From: Clostridia bacterium
GTDB lineage: Bacteria; Bacillota; Clostridia; Oscillospirales; Acutalibacteraceae
Assembly: GCA_017624735.1 (NCBI GenBank)
Contig: JAGAMK010000032.1
Coordinates: forward strand, 8,719 to 40,718
DNA: 32,000 nt
Direction of reading: 5' to 3'
A program made the position numbers and the translations under genes. The notes under the pieces were generated by a model that ran no database searches, was not told the DNA's origin, and was given only the letters and a program-made list of their open reading frames with translations. Below, piece after piece: positions 14,561 to 23,513 of this stretch. Position 1 is the first letter of the stretch; every line of letters starts with the position of its first letter.

Positions 14561-15776
14561 ATAACTTATTTAGATTATCACGCAGTATTTCAATACCTGT
14601 TTTGGACATTGAGATATAGTATTTTTCTGTTACTTTTGAACTACTGTGACCCATTTGATTACACAATAAATGCGTTGGTGTGTTCATGTCTGCCATAGCC
14701 GTTCCGTAAGTATGTCTTAAATAATGAAATTTAAAAGTTAAATTATGTATTTCTTTTAACCTGCGTGTATGATATTTCATTGAATTTACAGTCTGAATTT
14801 TACCATTATCAACTGTATTAACTAATTCAAGAGAAGAAATCATTTGACCGTCAATATCTGTAATAAATATCTGATTTTGAAGTCTGACTTCTTTCAGATT
14901 TTGTTCTACCTCTATCCTCTTTTCTGATAGTTCTGATAAATATCTTTGTAACATATCATTCATGTATATTGTTCTTTTGGCGTTCCTTGTTTTTAAAGAA
15001 ACAAGTTTAATTAGTCCATTCTGATATTGCATTTGACGGTCAATGATAATCACACCTTTTTCTACATCAACATTATCCCACTTCAGACCGTAACATTCAT
15101 TTATTCTCAAACCGCTGAATTTACCAAGATAATACGCAGTTTCTCCATTACTACCTGAAAAATAATCATCAAGTATTCTGATTTCTTCTTTAGAAAATGT
15201 AACAACATCATCCTCATCATCAGTTTTTCTTTTAGGCATATGAATTTTTGTGCCTTTATTCAAACATAGTTTACTATAAATTTCACTATCAAGATAATCT
15301 CTTGAATATGCTTGACCGAAAATAAGATAGAACATTTTGAGAAATGCTTCCACATAACCATATGCCCTGCCCTCATTGTAATAAAGATATGAAAGATAAT
15401 CATTGATTTCTGCGACTGTAATATCATCAATATATCTATCACCGAACTTATCACAAATATGATTTTTCCATAAAGAGTCCTGCTTTTTAATTGTTGTATA
15501 TGCTTTGTCATATCTTCCTTTTTCACAGTATTCTTCATACACCTGTCTAACTGTTACTATACCAAGAGAACTGCGAACAGAAAGATATTCTGATTGTCTA
15601 TATTTTTTTATTGCTTCTGTTCTTGCCCTCTTGGCTTGAGTCTGAGTTCTAAAAACATTTCCATTTTCGTCTTTTCTTTTACGATAATGAGTTTTTTTAC
15701 CACTTTTAGTAACGGTAAACCTATATTCCCAATTACCATTATTAAGTTGATAAACGCCTGTTTCCTTCTTTTTCAT
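14559..15776 (-). CDS. int: Tyrosine site-specific integrase (phage integrase family) with an N-terminal arm-binding-type domain
   Basis: GGAGTG SD lies before the ATG at 15776. The N-terminus is GVYQLNNGNWEYRFTV. C-terminal catalytic signatures are GLRINECYGLKW, HYLRHTYGTAMA and GHSSSKVTEKYY (R...H-x-x-R...Y). Confidence 0.9.
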   Translation of the reverse strand: MKKKETGVYQLNNGNWEYRFTVTKSGKKTHYRKRKDENGNVFRTQTQAKRARTEAIKKYRQSEYLSVRSSLGIVTVRQVYEEYCEKGRYDKAYTTIKKQDSLWKNHICDKFGDRYIDDITVAEINDYLSYLYYNEGRAYGYVEAFLKMFYLIFGQAYSRDYLDSEIYSKLCLNKGTKIHMPKRKTDDEDDVVTFSKEEIRILDDYFSGSNGETAYYLGKFSGLRINECYGLKWDNVDVEKGVIIIDRQMQYQNGLIKLVSLKTRNAKRTIYMNDMLQRYLSELSEKRIEVEQNLKEVRLQNQIFITDIDGQMISSLELVNTVDNGKIQTVNSMKYHTRRLKEIHNLTFKFHYLRHTYGTAMADMNTPTHLLCNQMGHSSSKVTEKYYISMSKTGIEILRDNLNKL

Positions 15777-15794
15777 CAATTATCACTCCATTTT

Positions 15795-15867
15795 TGACTA
15801 CTAAAGACGGTCACTATTTCTTATAAAGTTGTTAAAAAGTGGTATAAAAGTTGTTAAAAAGTTGTTA
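15795..15867 (+). repeat. Right-arm repeat cluster (candidate arm-type sites)
   Basis: tgactact (15795-15802) is the inverse of the left-arm agtagtca. aaaagtggta occurs at ~15836-15845. aagttgtta occurs three times (15826, 15848, 15859). Confidence 0.5.
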
Positions 15868-15911
15868 TATACTTCTTAGAAAGACTTATGTTTTTTAGTA
15901 AGAACTAATCA

Positions 15912-15992
15912 GATACAGTTCACGAAATGGCTCGTGACGAGGCAAGACACGGTAAGGCATTTGAAGGTCTTTTGAACAGATATTTTAAATAA
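15912..15992 (+). pseudogene. rbr: Displaced original 3' end of rbr (last 26 codons plus stop), with no start codon or upstream coding sequence
   Basis: It translates as [26 protein letters not shown]. The intact gene ends ...[26 protein letters not shown]. Confidence 0.85.
15927..15952 (+). repeat. attR core (26-bp perfect direct repeat)
   Basis: Identical to 7674..7699. Confidence 0.85.
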
Positions 15993-16014
15993 TCCCCTAT
16001 CACAATAAATACAC

Positions 16015-16047
16015 AAAAAACCTCTGCATTAAATGCAGAGGTTTTTC
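16015..16047. terminator. Original rbr terminator (bidirectional; also serves the convergent gene 16057..16464)
   Basis: aaaaaacctctgca-ttaaa-tgcagaggttttt. Confidence 0.8.
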
Positions 16048-16056
16048 TAATTTTGT

Positions 16057-16464
16057 TTACGGATAATCGTATGTAATGTGTTGTTCGTTACCAGCAACAC
16101 AAGTTACTTTAATTCTATAGTCTTCGAAGATATTAATTAGTCTTGTTTCTTCAAGAGTGAGATAAGTACCATTAGACTCAAATGCTGACCATGTTTCAAT
16201 TGTTTCATAGCCTGTTGATTTTAATTTTTGTAACTCAATCTGAATAAAAAGATTAACAGTAAATTGTGATGTAAGTAAAACAGATGAGGTTGAGTTTATT
16301 CCACTGATAGTAAAAGATGTTGCAACAGTACTAATTATCGACCAACAAGGCATAACCCCATACTCATCTTCTACCGTTTCAGCGGAAGAATTTATTGCTA
16401 AAAGAGAAAAGAGCATTGTGATAACCAACAATATACTTAAACTTTTTTTGACAAATGTTGACAT
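16057..16464 (-). CDS. Small secreted hypothetical protein
   Basis: 135-aa ORF with signal peptide MSTFVKKSLSILLVITMLFSLLAINSSAE and an SD (AAGGGGGTG). Confidence 0.6.
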   Translation of the reverse strand: MSTFVKKSLSILLVITMLFSLLAINSSAETVEDEYGVMPCWSIISTVATSFTISGINSTSSVLLTSQFTVNLFIQIELQKLKSTGYETIETWSAFESNGTYLTLEETRLINIFEDYRIKVTCVAGNEQHITYDYP

Positions 16465-16518
16465 ATTTTTTCACCCCCTTAATAAGAAACAATCGTATTA
16501 AAGAGATGTTTTATTACT

Positions 16519-17148
16519 CTACTCTACACTTCCTGCAATTCTCAATAACTCGTTTTTATTAAGATGAGCCTCAATTTGATATACATAATCATGTTTTATC
16601 CATATTATTTTGTTAAGTCCTAAATCACCTTCACAATACACAAATTTTATGCCATCAATGATTGTTACATCTGAAGACAAATTTTCTGTATCATATTCAA
16701 CTTTTACAGATGAAGAATACATTATAATTGAAAAAAACTCACCCTTACTATTTACATATCTGTTTATCGTGTTTTTTCCTTCAAAATTACAGCTATCAAG
16801 CACATATCCTTCAGGTATGTAACCAACTTTAATATCTGAATTAACATAGTTGTTATTATCTCTTGTAATCTTAAAAAGACTAAACTCATCAAAGGTATCA
16901 ACAATTGCTTCACGGGATGATGGGAATACAAATGCTGACATTAACAAAGCACATAAAATTGCTGCAACAAGCATAATTTTTATTGTTTTTGTTGTTAAAA
17001 CATGGTAACGGTCGTTACGCATTTTATTAAACAACTTTTTCTTCCATTTTTCATGTTTGGGGCTACATTCTGCCTTGGGCATTGTTTCAGGAAAAGATGA
17101 TACCCATTCTTCAAAGGACAATGCACATGCTTCTGCTAATTTACTCAT
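16519..17148 (-). CDS. Membrane anti-sigma factor-like protein (DUF4367-type extracytoplasmic domain)
   Basis: It overlaps the upstream sigma-factor gene by 8 nt. It has a single TM helix (IKIMLVAAILCALLMSAFVF) and a GYIPEGYVL motif. It terminates with TAG. Confidence 0.6.
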   Translation of the reverse strand: MSKLAEACALSFEEWVSSFPETMPKAECSPKHEKWKKKLFNKMRNDRYHVLTTKTIKIMLVAAILCALLMSAFVFPSSREAIVDTFDEFSLFKITRDNNNYVNSDIKVGYIPEGYVLDSCNFEGKNTINRYVNSKGEFFSIIMYSSSVKVEYDTENLSSDVTIIDGIKFVYCEGDLGLNKIIWIKHDYVYQIEAHLNKNELLRIAGSVE

Positions 17149-17686
17149 CCTTCATTGCCTCCTTAACATAATTTTTAACAAATTGCATTGATTGCATACT
17201 TCTTTTTCTTACCATAGGCTCTGTCATATTGAGTTCTTTACTTATTTCTATTGCACTCATTTGATAAATATGTTTAAGATAAAATACTTGTTTGTTTAAT
17301 TCAGGCAAAGCATCAATTGCTTCTTTTAAGAGCATTGTGTCGCAAATGTCAAATTCTTCTTCACCAATGCTATAAAAATCTTCAAGGTCGTAATCAACTA
17401 CATTATTTTTGTGCTTTCTCTCTTTTCTGTACATATCAATTGCTATACATTTTGATATAACCATAACATAGTTTCTAAATTTCTTATCGTCAAAATCTTG
17501 TGTTATGTTATGAAAATTTTTCGCAAAGTGAATTAGTACTTCCTGTGAACAGTCTTCCGCTGCCTCTTTAGTTTTTAAATGTTGCTTTGAAATATAGAAA
17601 ATAGTGTCATAAAACTTATCATAGAATTCTTCAAAACGAGGCTTGTCCTCCGGATTTTGAAGTAACATTAAGCATAATGAAATCAT
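17141..17686 (-). CDS. ECF-type RNA polymerase sigma-70 family factor
   Basis: Region-2-like AEDCSQEVLIHFAKNF...YVMVISKCIAIDMYRK and a region-4 HTH (MSAIEISKELNMTEPMVRKR). Confidence 0.75.
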   Translation of the reverse strand: MISLCLMLLQNPEDKPRFEEFYDKFYDTIFYISKQHLKTKEAAEDCSQEVLIHFAKNFHNITQDFDDKKFRNYVMVISKCIAIDMYRKERKHKNNVVDYDLEDFYSIGEEEFDICDTMLLKEAIDALPELNKQVFYLKHIYQMSAIEISKELNMTEPMVRKRSMQSMQFVKNYVKEAMKDE

Positions 17687-17756
17687 TTTAATCTCTCCTT
17701 GACTTTTTACAAATTATACCTTAAAACGACATATTTGGCAAGATATTACAATCAAC

Positions 17757-17788
17757 AAAAAGTCCCGATGTTGTATCGGGACTTTTTA
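17757..17788. terminator. Terminator downstream of spoVM
   Basis: Hairpin aaaaagtcccgat-gttgt-atcgggacttttt. Confidence 0.8.
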
Positions 17789-17866
17789 CTATTCTTTTTT
17801 TATTCCAAACATCAGCCTTAATAAACCACTAATAATTTTAGGATTTTTAATAACAACTACTTTCAA
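17789..17866 (-). CDS. spoVM: Stage V sporulation protein M (25-aa micro-protein, TTG start)
   Basis: Not in the ORF track. GGGAGG lies 8 nt before the TTG. The product MKVVVIKNPKIISGLLRLMFGIKKE resembles B. subtilis SpoVM (MKFYTIKLPKFLGGIVRAMLGSFRKD). It sits downstream of thiN, as in Bacillus. It stops with TAG. Confidence 0.7.
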   Translation of the reverse strand: MKVVVIKNPKIISGLLRLMFGIKKE

Positions 17867-17880
17867 AAAAGCTGCCTCCC

Positions 17881-18027
17881 CTAGCCTTTACAGAGGGCAA
17901 ATCCACATATCACAAGCGCAATTGCAAGTAATACGATTATGACTTTTTGGGGAAGAATTAAAGATATTAGTAAACTAAGTCCTAATGTTACAAAGATTAT
18001 TCCCCTATTATTCTTTCTTCTTCCCAT
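17881..18027 (-). CDS. Small hydrophobic membrane protein (48 aa), hypothetical
   Basis: GGGGGA SD is present. The product is MGRRKNNRGIIFVTLGLSLLISLILPQKVIIVLLAIALVICGFALCKG. It stops with TAG just before the spoVM SD. Confidence 0.4.
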   Translation of the reverse strand: MGRRKNNRGIIFVTLGLSLLISLILPQKVIIVLLAIALVICGFALCKG

Positions 18028-18084
18028 AAAAAATCCCCCCTGTATATGTATTTTACTACATTATACGTGGGGGATATTTTTTTG

Positions 18085-18717
18085 TTACATCTGAGTTTCT
18101 ATAATAATCAAAGTTCCTTTTTCAACAGAAATTTCACCGAAATCACTAACAATATCATTACTTATTCCAATTGGGATAAATGGATTTAAAGTATAATTCT
18201 CAATGGAATAATGAAAACCTTTCTCCGTTACACCAAACGCTTTATCTCCAAACGCAAAAACTGATATCTGTTTATTGGGTGAAAATGAAATTTTTATAGA
18301 TGAATCCGTAATGGCATAAAAAATATGTTTGTCGTCAATTATTCTAAATTCATTACCATCCTTTGAAGCATTTGCCATAACAGAAATATTGGCAAAAGTG
18401 TGTTCAAAACGTCCACCGGTACCACCTAAAAGCAAAAATTTAGTAAAGCCCTGCTTAATGCCCTCGTTATAGGCAGCCAAACAGTCTGTAACGTCTTTTT
18501 CGACTGGCAAAGTAATCTTATCTGCATTTTGTACAAAGCCCTTTACAGAGTCAAAATCGCCAATTACAAGGTCAGGCTGAATTCTTGCTTCAACAGCAAT
18601 ATCATAGCCACTGTCTGCACAAATAATATAATCATCAGTAGAAATATTCAGTTTTAAAAGTTCAACAGAACAATCTCCGCCACCAATTATGACGCATCTT
18701 GTTTTTATATTTCCCAT
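18085..18717 (-). CDS. thiN: Thiamine pyrophosphokinase
   Basis: Motifs VIIGGGD, GDFDS, KDVTD and LGGTGGRFEH. Its position after rsgA matches the Bacillus yloS/thiN arrangement. Confidence 0.8.
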   Translation of the reverse strand: MGNIKTRCVIIGGGDCSVELLKLNISTDDYIICADSGYDIAVEARIQPDLVIGDFDSVKGFVQNADKITLPVEKDVTDCLAAYNEGIKQGFTKFLLLGGTGGRFEHTFANISVMANASKDGNEFRIIDDKHIFYAITDSSIKISFSPNKQISVFAFGDKAFGVTEKGFHYSIENYTLNPFIPIGISNDIVSDFGEISVEKGTLIIIETQM

Positions 18718-19577
18718 TCCTTAATTTCCTTTGCCTGATTATACATTTGAATATAACTATTATGTCTCGATTCGCTGATTTTGCCGTCTTTCACAGCTTG
18801 GCATATTGAACATCCCTTATCGTTCACATGAGCACAAGAAGTAAATTTGCATGTTCCTAAATACTCTTTGAATTCACGGAAACAATATTGTAATTCGTCT
18901 TTTTTTATAATTTCAACTTTTTCAAAATCAAGTGAGGAAAAACCAGGAGTATCAATAACATATCCACCACAAACACGGAATAATTGAGCTTGTCTCGTTG
19001 TATGACGACCACGTCCTAGTTTATCGCTAATCGCTCCTGTTGAGAGATTGAGGCTACTATCAAGTTTATTCAACAAAGTTGTTTTACCTACACCTGAATT
19101 ACCTGTAAACGCACTGGTTTTATCCTTCATTATTTCTTTTATCTTTTCATAAGACTCCTCGCTATCAAGGACAATAAGATTTAAACCAGCATCTTTATAA
19201 TTATTTACAATTTCTGAATAAGAAGATAAATCAGTTTTTGAAATAATAATATAAGGTTCAATATTTTTATGCTCTGCTACAGCAATCAATTTATCAATAA
19301 CATAAAAATTTGGTTTTGGGTCAACAGTTGAAACAACAATCAAGAGATTATCAATATTTGACACAGGAGGTCTGATTAGAGAATTTTTTCTCTCCAATAT
19401 TGAATCTATTGTATTTTCTGCATTTTCATTAACAGAAATTTCAACAACATCACCTACGAGTGGTGAAATTCTGTTTTTCCTGAAAATACCTCTAGCTTTA
19501 CATTCATATATCGCATTGGCGACTTCAACATAGTAGAAGCCGCCAATACCCTTTGTAATAATTCCTTTTAAGTTCAT
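18705..19577 (-). CDS. rsgA: Ribosome small-subunit-dependent GTPase A
   Basis: Circularly permuted GTPase: SKTD...GNSGVGKTTLLN...DTPGF. A C-terminal zinc-finger cluster (CKFTSCAHVNDKGCSIC) is present. Confidence 0.9.
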   Translation of the reverse strand: MNLKGIITKGIGGFYYVEVANAIYECKARGIFRKNRISPLVGDVVEISVNENAENTIDSILERKNSLIRPPVSNIDNLLIVVSTVDPKPNFYVIDKLIAVAEHKNIEPYIIISKTDLSSYSEIVNNYKDAGLNLIVLDSEESYEKIKEIMKDKTSAFTGNSGVGKTTLLNKLDSSLNLSTGAISDKLGRGRHTTRQAQLFRVCGGYVIDTPGFSSLDFEKVEIIKKDELQYCFREFKEYLGTCKFTSCAHVNDKGCSICQAVKDGKISESRHNSYIQMYNQAKEIKEWEI

Positions 19578-19582
19578 ATAAC

Positions 19583-21715
19583 TTACACACTCGGTCCTGT
19601 ACTTACAGTTAATGTTATTGATTCTTTTACGGAGAATCTTGATGCGCCATCGGAAACTGGAATTTGTGCAATAACAGTTCCTGCAGAATATGTATTACTT
19701 GGTGAGTTAATACATTCAATGTTTTTAAATCCTGCAGCATTTAATTTAGATATCGCTAGGTCTTTATCCAAACCAACAACATTAATAAGAACAACTATTT
19801 CTTCAACATCACTTACGACTGCCGGTAACTTGGTAAAGTCTATTTTACCTTTTTGAACAGGTGCATCATCAATAGTTACAGTATATTCGTTGTTAGAACC
19901 ACTACCTGTAACATTTATAATCTGTGTTGAACCACCGAGGTACAATTCTGCAGATGTATATGAAAGTTCATTGTTAATATACACCTTCAAAATGCCAGGT
20001 TTATTTACAGCTGGAAGCTTAACAATAATTTCTGCTGTAGAATTAGATGGAATTCCATTACTGATTTCTACATCAATAGCAGAACCTGCAGGAACTTTCT
20101 CTCCTTCTTGTGCAGATTGAGTTACAATCACGCCTGCTTCTAAATCACTATTCACCTCGGTGACCGTACCCAAAGTCAAACCTGAACCGATTAAAAGTTG
20201 TTCCGCTTCGTCTTTGCCACAACCAATAACCTTAGGAACTTCAACTTCTTCCTTAACATTTGTTGCTATATAAACTTTTACTGTTGAGCCAGACTTAACA
20301 GACGTACCTGCTTCCGGAACAGTTTTAATAACATTTCCAGGTTTTACAGTATCCGAATATTCATTAATATATTGTGGTTTAAGCTTATTTGAAATGAGGT
20401 ATTCATCAGCATCGGCTTTTGACATACCAATAATTGATTTATCGATAAGTTTTAAATCTTGGTTGTTAACAATTGTTAATGTAACCTTTGAACCAGGTTT
20501 TACTTTTTTATCTTCTCCTGGATTCTGTTCAATAACAGTTCCGTTTTCTCGGTTACCATCTTCAGCAAATTCAGTTACAAACTCAAAGTTTTCATATTGC
20601 TTATTACCTTGAATATCATTGTAATAATTCATACCGTTAAAGTTAGGAACTTCAACTTTATTCTTCATATTAATTCCAAAAAGAACAACACAGATTATTG
20701 CAGCCAAAACAATTACACCTGCAATAGCACCAACCATTATTGCTGATGATTTATTCATTTCTGACTTCTCTTCTTGCTGTTTTTCTCTATTATTATACTT
20801 TGTTTCTCTAATAACTGAATCAGATGTTGAACGAATGTATTTAGTTGGCTCACTATCAACAAAATATGAATAATTAAACTTAATCGATGGATTACGTTTA
20901 AACTCGTTAATATCCATAAGCATCTCTGCTGCTGAACGATATCTGCTCTGACGTGATTTTTGCATAGCTCGAATAGTTATCTGTTCAAGACCTAATGGAA
21001 TTGATGGGAAAATCTGACTTGGTCTTACTGGTTCTTGTTGAACCTGCATCAAAGCAACGGAAACTGCACTGTCTGATTGGAATGGCAACTGTCCTGTGAG
21101 CATTTCGTACAAAACAACACCTACAGAATATATATCAGCTTTTTCATCTGTCATTTCGCCACGTGCTTGTTCGGGACTAATGTAATGAACAGAGCCAATT
21201 GCTTTATCTGAAATTGTATTAACATCTGAACGACTGAAACGAGCAATACCAAAATCAGTTACTTTAATTGTGCCATCTTGTAAAAGCATTATATTTTGAG
21301 GTTTTATGTCCTGATGAACAATCCCTTTGTCATGAGCATGCTGCAATGCTGCTAAAATTTGACCAACAAAATGCACTGCTTCTTTCCAATTTATAACACC
21401 TTGCTGTTCAATATATTCCTTTAAAGTAATACCATCAACATATTCCATAACAATATATTGAAGTCTATCACCAAAACTAACATTATAAACACGAACAATA
21501 TTAGGGTGTGAAAGCACCGCAATTGCCTTGGATTCATTTTTAAATCTGCGCTTAAATTCTTCGTTAGAAAGATACACTTCTTTTAAGATTTTTATTGCTA
21601 CAATTCTATCATCAATATTGTCATAGGCTTTATAAACAACTGCCATACCACCTACGCCAATAATTTCTCTTATCTCATATCGTCCATCAAGACGTTTTCC
21701 ACAAAAGTTATCCAT
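19583..21715 (-). CDS. prkC: Ser/Thr protein kinase with extracellular PASTA repeats
   Basis: Kinase motifs GVGGMAVVYKA, HQDIKPQN, DFG and SPEQ. There is a TM helix, then several PASTA-like repeats. The ATG at 21715 with an AGGAG SD is preferred over the TTG at 21742 used by the track. Confidence 0.9.
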   Translation of the reverse strand: MDNFCGKRLDGRYEIREIIGVGGMAVVYKAYDNIDDRIVAIKILKEVYLSNEEFKRRFKNESKAIAVLSHPNIVRVYNVSFGDRLQYIVMEYVDGITLKEYIEQQGVINWKEAVHFVGQILAALQHAHDKGIVHQDIKPQNIMLLQDGTIKVTDFGIARFSRSDVNTISDKAIGSVHYISPEQARGEMTDEKADIYSVGVVLYEMLTGQLPFQSDSAVSVALMQVQQEPVRPSQIFPSIPLGLEQITIRAMQKSRQSRYRSAAEMLMDINEFKRNPSIKFNYSYFVDSEPTKYIRSTSDSVIRETKYNNREKQQEEKSEMNKSSAIMVGAIAGVIVLAAIICVVLFGINMKNKVEVPNFNGMNYYNDIQGNKQYENFEFVTEFAEDGNRENGTVIEQNPGEDKKVKPGSKVTLTIVNNQDLKLIDKSIIGMSKADADEYLISNKLKPQYINEYSDTVKPGNVIKTVPEAGTSVKSGSTVKVYIATNVKEEVEVPKVIGCGKDEAEQLLIGSGLTLGTVTEVNSDLEAGVIVTQSAQEGEKVPAGSAIDVEISNGIPSNSTAEIIVKLPAVNKPGILKVYINNELSYTSAELYLGGSTQIINVTGSGSNNEYTVTIDDAPVQKGKIDFTKLPAVVSDVEEIVVLINVVGLDKDLAISKLNAAGFKNIECINSPSNTYSAGTVIAQIPVSDGASRFSVKESITLTVSTGPSV

Positions 21716-21738
21716 TCTTAAAACTCCTTTCAGCAAAA

Positions 21739-22476
21739 TCAATACGAAACAGTAACAACTGTAACATTGTCACCGCCACCGTTGTTATTTGCACGATTGA
21801 CAAGTCTTTCAGCATACTCGTAAAATTTACCATCTTCAGTTAATTCGTAAATCTCATCAGGTTCTACATAATTAGTTAAACCATCAGTACATATCAAAAG
21901 AACATCATTTTCTGATATATCTTCTTCACAAAAATCAATTTGCAAATCTTCAGAAACACCAAGTGCACGTGTAATAAGATTTTTTCGAGGGTCTTCACGG
22001 GCCTCATCAACAGTGAGCTTTCCACTATCAACCATTTCCTGAACAAAAGAATGGTCCTTTGTAAGCTGATGAAGTTTTCCTGAAGCCAAAATATATGCCC
22101 TTGAATCACCTGCATGCGCAACATACACTCTCTCATCAGCAACAATTGCAACAACAACAGTTGTACCCATTCCTGAAAGCTCAGGATTCTCCTTGCTCAT
22201 ATCATAAACGCAAACATTAGCAGCAATTATTGCTGACATAAACATATTTTTTATAGATGAGAAAGACATTCCTTGACGATATGATGACGATATACGTTCA
22301 GAAATAATCTTAACTGCAGTTGAACTGGCAAGATTACCACCATTAGTACCGCCCATACCATCGCACACAACAGCCCAAGCCACAGAACCTGGCAATTCAC
22401 CAGCTGCATATGAGTCTTGATTACTGGTTCTTGTTAACCCAATATCAGTTTTTGCAACAATTTTCACTATAATCAC
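21739..22476 (-). CDS. stp: PP2C-family Ser/Thr protein phosphatase
   Basis: Motifs RTSNQDS, VCDGMGG, HAGDSR and TDGL, plus the terminal GGGDNVTVV. It is paired with prkC. Confidence 0.9.
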   Translation of the reverse strand: MIIVKIVAKTDIGLTRTSNQDSYAAGELPGSVAWAVVCDGMGGTNGGNLASSTAVKIISERISSSYRQGMSFSSIKNMFMSAIIAANVCVYDMSKENPELSGMGTTVVVAIVADERVYVAHAGDSRAYILASGKLHQLTKDHSFVQEMVDSGKLTVDEAREDPRKNLITRALGVSEDLQIDFCEEDISENDVLLICTDGLTNYVEPDEIYELTEDGKFYEYAERLVNRANNNGGGDNVTVVTVSY

Positions 22477-23511
22477 CTACTTATTGCGTTTTGATGCTCT
22501 AAGTTGACCACAAGAAGCATTTATATCACTGCCGAGCGTACGACGAACTGTTGCAGTTATTCCTCTTGAAGACAATATATCTATAAACTTTTTCTGTCTT
22601 TCAACAGAACTTTTAACGTAACTAGTTTCTCTGACATTATTAACAGGAATCAAGTTGACATGACACAGCATACCTTTTAATTTATCTGCCAATTCTAAAG
22701 CACAATCATCACTGTCATTAACGTCTTTAATCATCGCATATTCAAATGAAATCCGTCTGCCGGTATACTCAGAATAGTATCTACATGCTTTCAATAACTC
22801 ATCAATATCATAGGATTTGTTAATCGGCATAGACATTGAACGAATACGATTATTTGGTGCGTGTAATGATATTGATAAGGTCAGTCCATATTTCTTTTCT
22901 GCCAAATCATAAATTCTTGGAACAATCCCACAAGTTGAAAGTGAAATATGACGCATACTCATATTTTGACCTTTCTCATCCGAAATTAGTTCAATCATTT
23001 TTATAACATTATCATAGTTATCCAAAGGTTCACCAGTGCCCATGAGTACAAGATGATTTATTTTTATTTTCAAATCGTTCTGGGCAGTATAAATTTCCGA
23101 AAGCATTTCTCCAACAGAAAGTTGACGAACAAATCCACCAATAGCTGATGCACAAAATTTACAACCCATTTTACAACCAACTTGTGTTGAAATACAAATA
23201 GAATAGCCGTATTTATATTTCATGACAACACTTTCAACATATTCACCGTCTGGAAGAACAAACAAATATTTGACAGTATCATCCAGTTTTGAAATAAGTT
23301 TTGTATTCACATTAAGTCTAGTGATATAAAAATGGTCAGCTAATTGACTACGCATTTCCTTAGACAAATTTGTCATTTCATCAAAAGATTCAACACACTT
23401 CTCATGGACCCAAGAAAAAATCTGATTAACCCTGAATTTCGGAAATCCAAGGTTAATAATTTCTGTTGACATTTCATTATAATTTAACGAGCGTAAATCT
23501 TTTAACATCAA
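22477..23511 (-). CDS. rlmN: 23S rRNA/tRNA (adenine-C2)-methyltransferase, radical SAM
   Basis: CKMGCKFC radical-SAM cluster, MGTGEPLDN, and C-terminal INASCGQL. It terminates with TAG, which abuts the stp start. Confidence 0.9.
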   Translation of the reverse strand: MMLKDLRSLNYNEMSTEIINLGFPKFRVNQIFSWVHEKCVESFDEMTNLSKEMRSQLADHFYITRLNVNTKLISKLDDTVKYLFVLPDGEYVESVVMKYKYGYSICISTQVGCKMGCKFCASAIGGFVRQLSVGEMLSEIYTAQNDLKIKINHLVLMGTGEPLDNYDNVIKMIELISDEKGQNMSMRHISLSTCGIVPRIYDLAEKKYGLTLSISLHAPNNRIRSMSMPINKSYDIDELLKACRYYSEYTGRRISFEYAMIKDVNDSDDCALELADKLKGMLCHVNLIPVNNVRETSYVKSSVERQKKFIDILSSRGITATVRRTLGSDINASCGQLRASKRNK

Positions 23512-23513
23512 AT

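Larger units (their letters stand above)
7674..15952. mobile_element. Integrated ~8.3 kb element (satellite/PICI-like or integrative mobilizable element) inserted in the 3' end of rbr
   Basis: Bounded by identical 26-bp direct repeats. A tyrosine integrase sits next to the right end. Arm-type repeats occur at both ends. A displaced rbr 3' fragment with its own terminator lies at the right junction. I recognised no capsid, tail, lysis, relaxase or T4SS genes. Confidence 0.85.

Noticed and set aside
15260-15797. ORFs 15260..15538 (-) and 15594..15797 (+).
   Set aside because: Both are nested in, or antisense to, the integrase gene.
16610-16822. 70-aa plus-strand ORF.
   Set aside because: It is antisense within the anti-sigma-like gene.
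18085-19577. Absence of rpe between rsgA and thiN as a possible deletion or rearrangement.
   Set aside because: rsgA and thiN overlap by 13 nt in an intact operon arrangement. rpe is probably encoded elsewhere, so this is ordinary lineage variation rather than a scar.
19890-22157. ORFs 19890..20120 (+), 20394..20612 (+) and 21894..22157 (-).
   Set aside because: They fall inside prkC or stp, in other frames or on the opposite strand.
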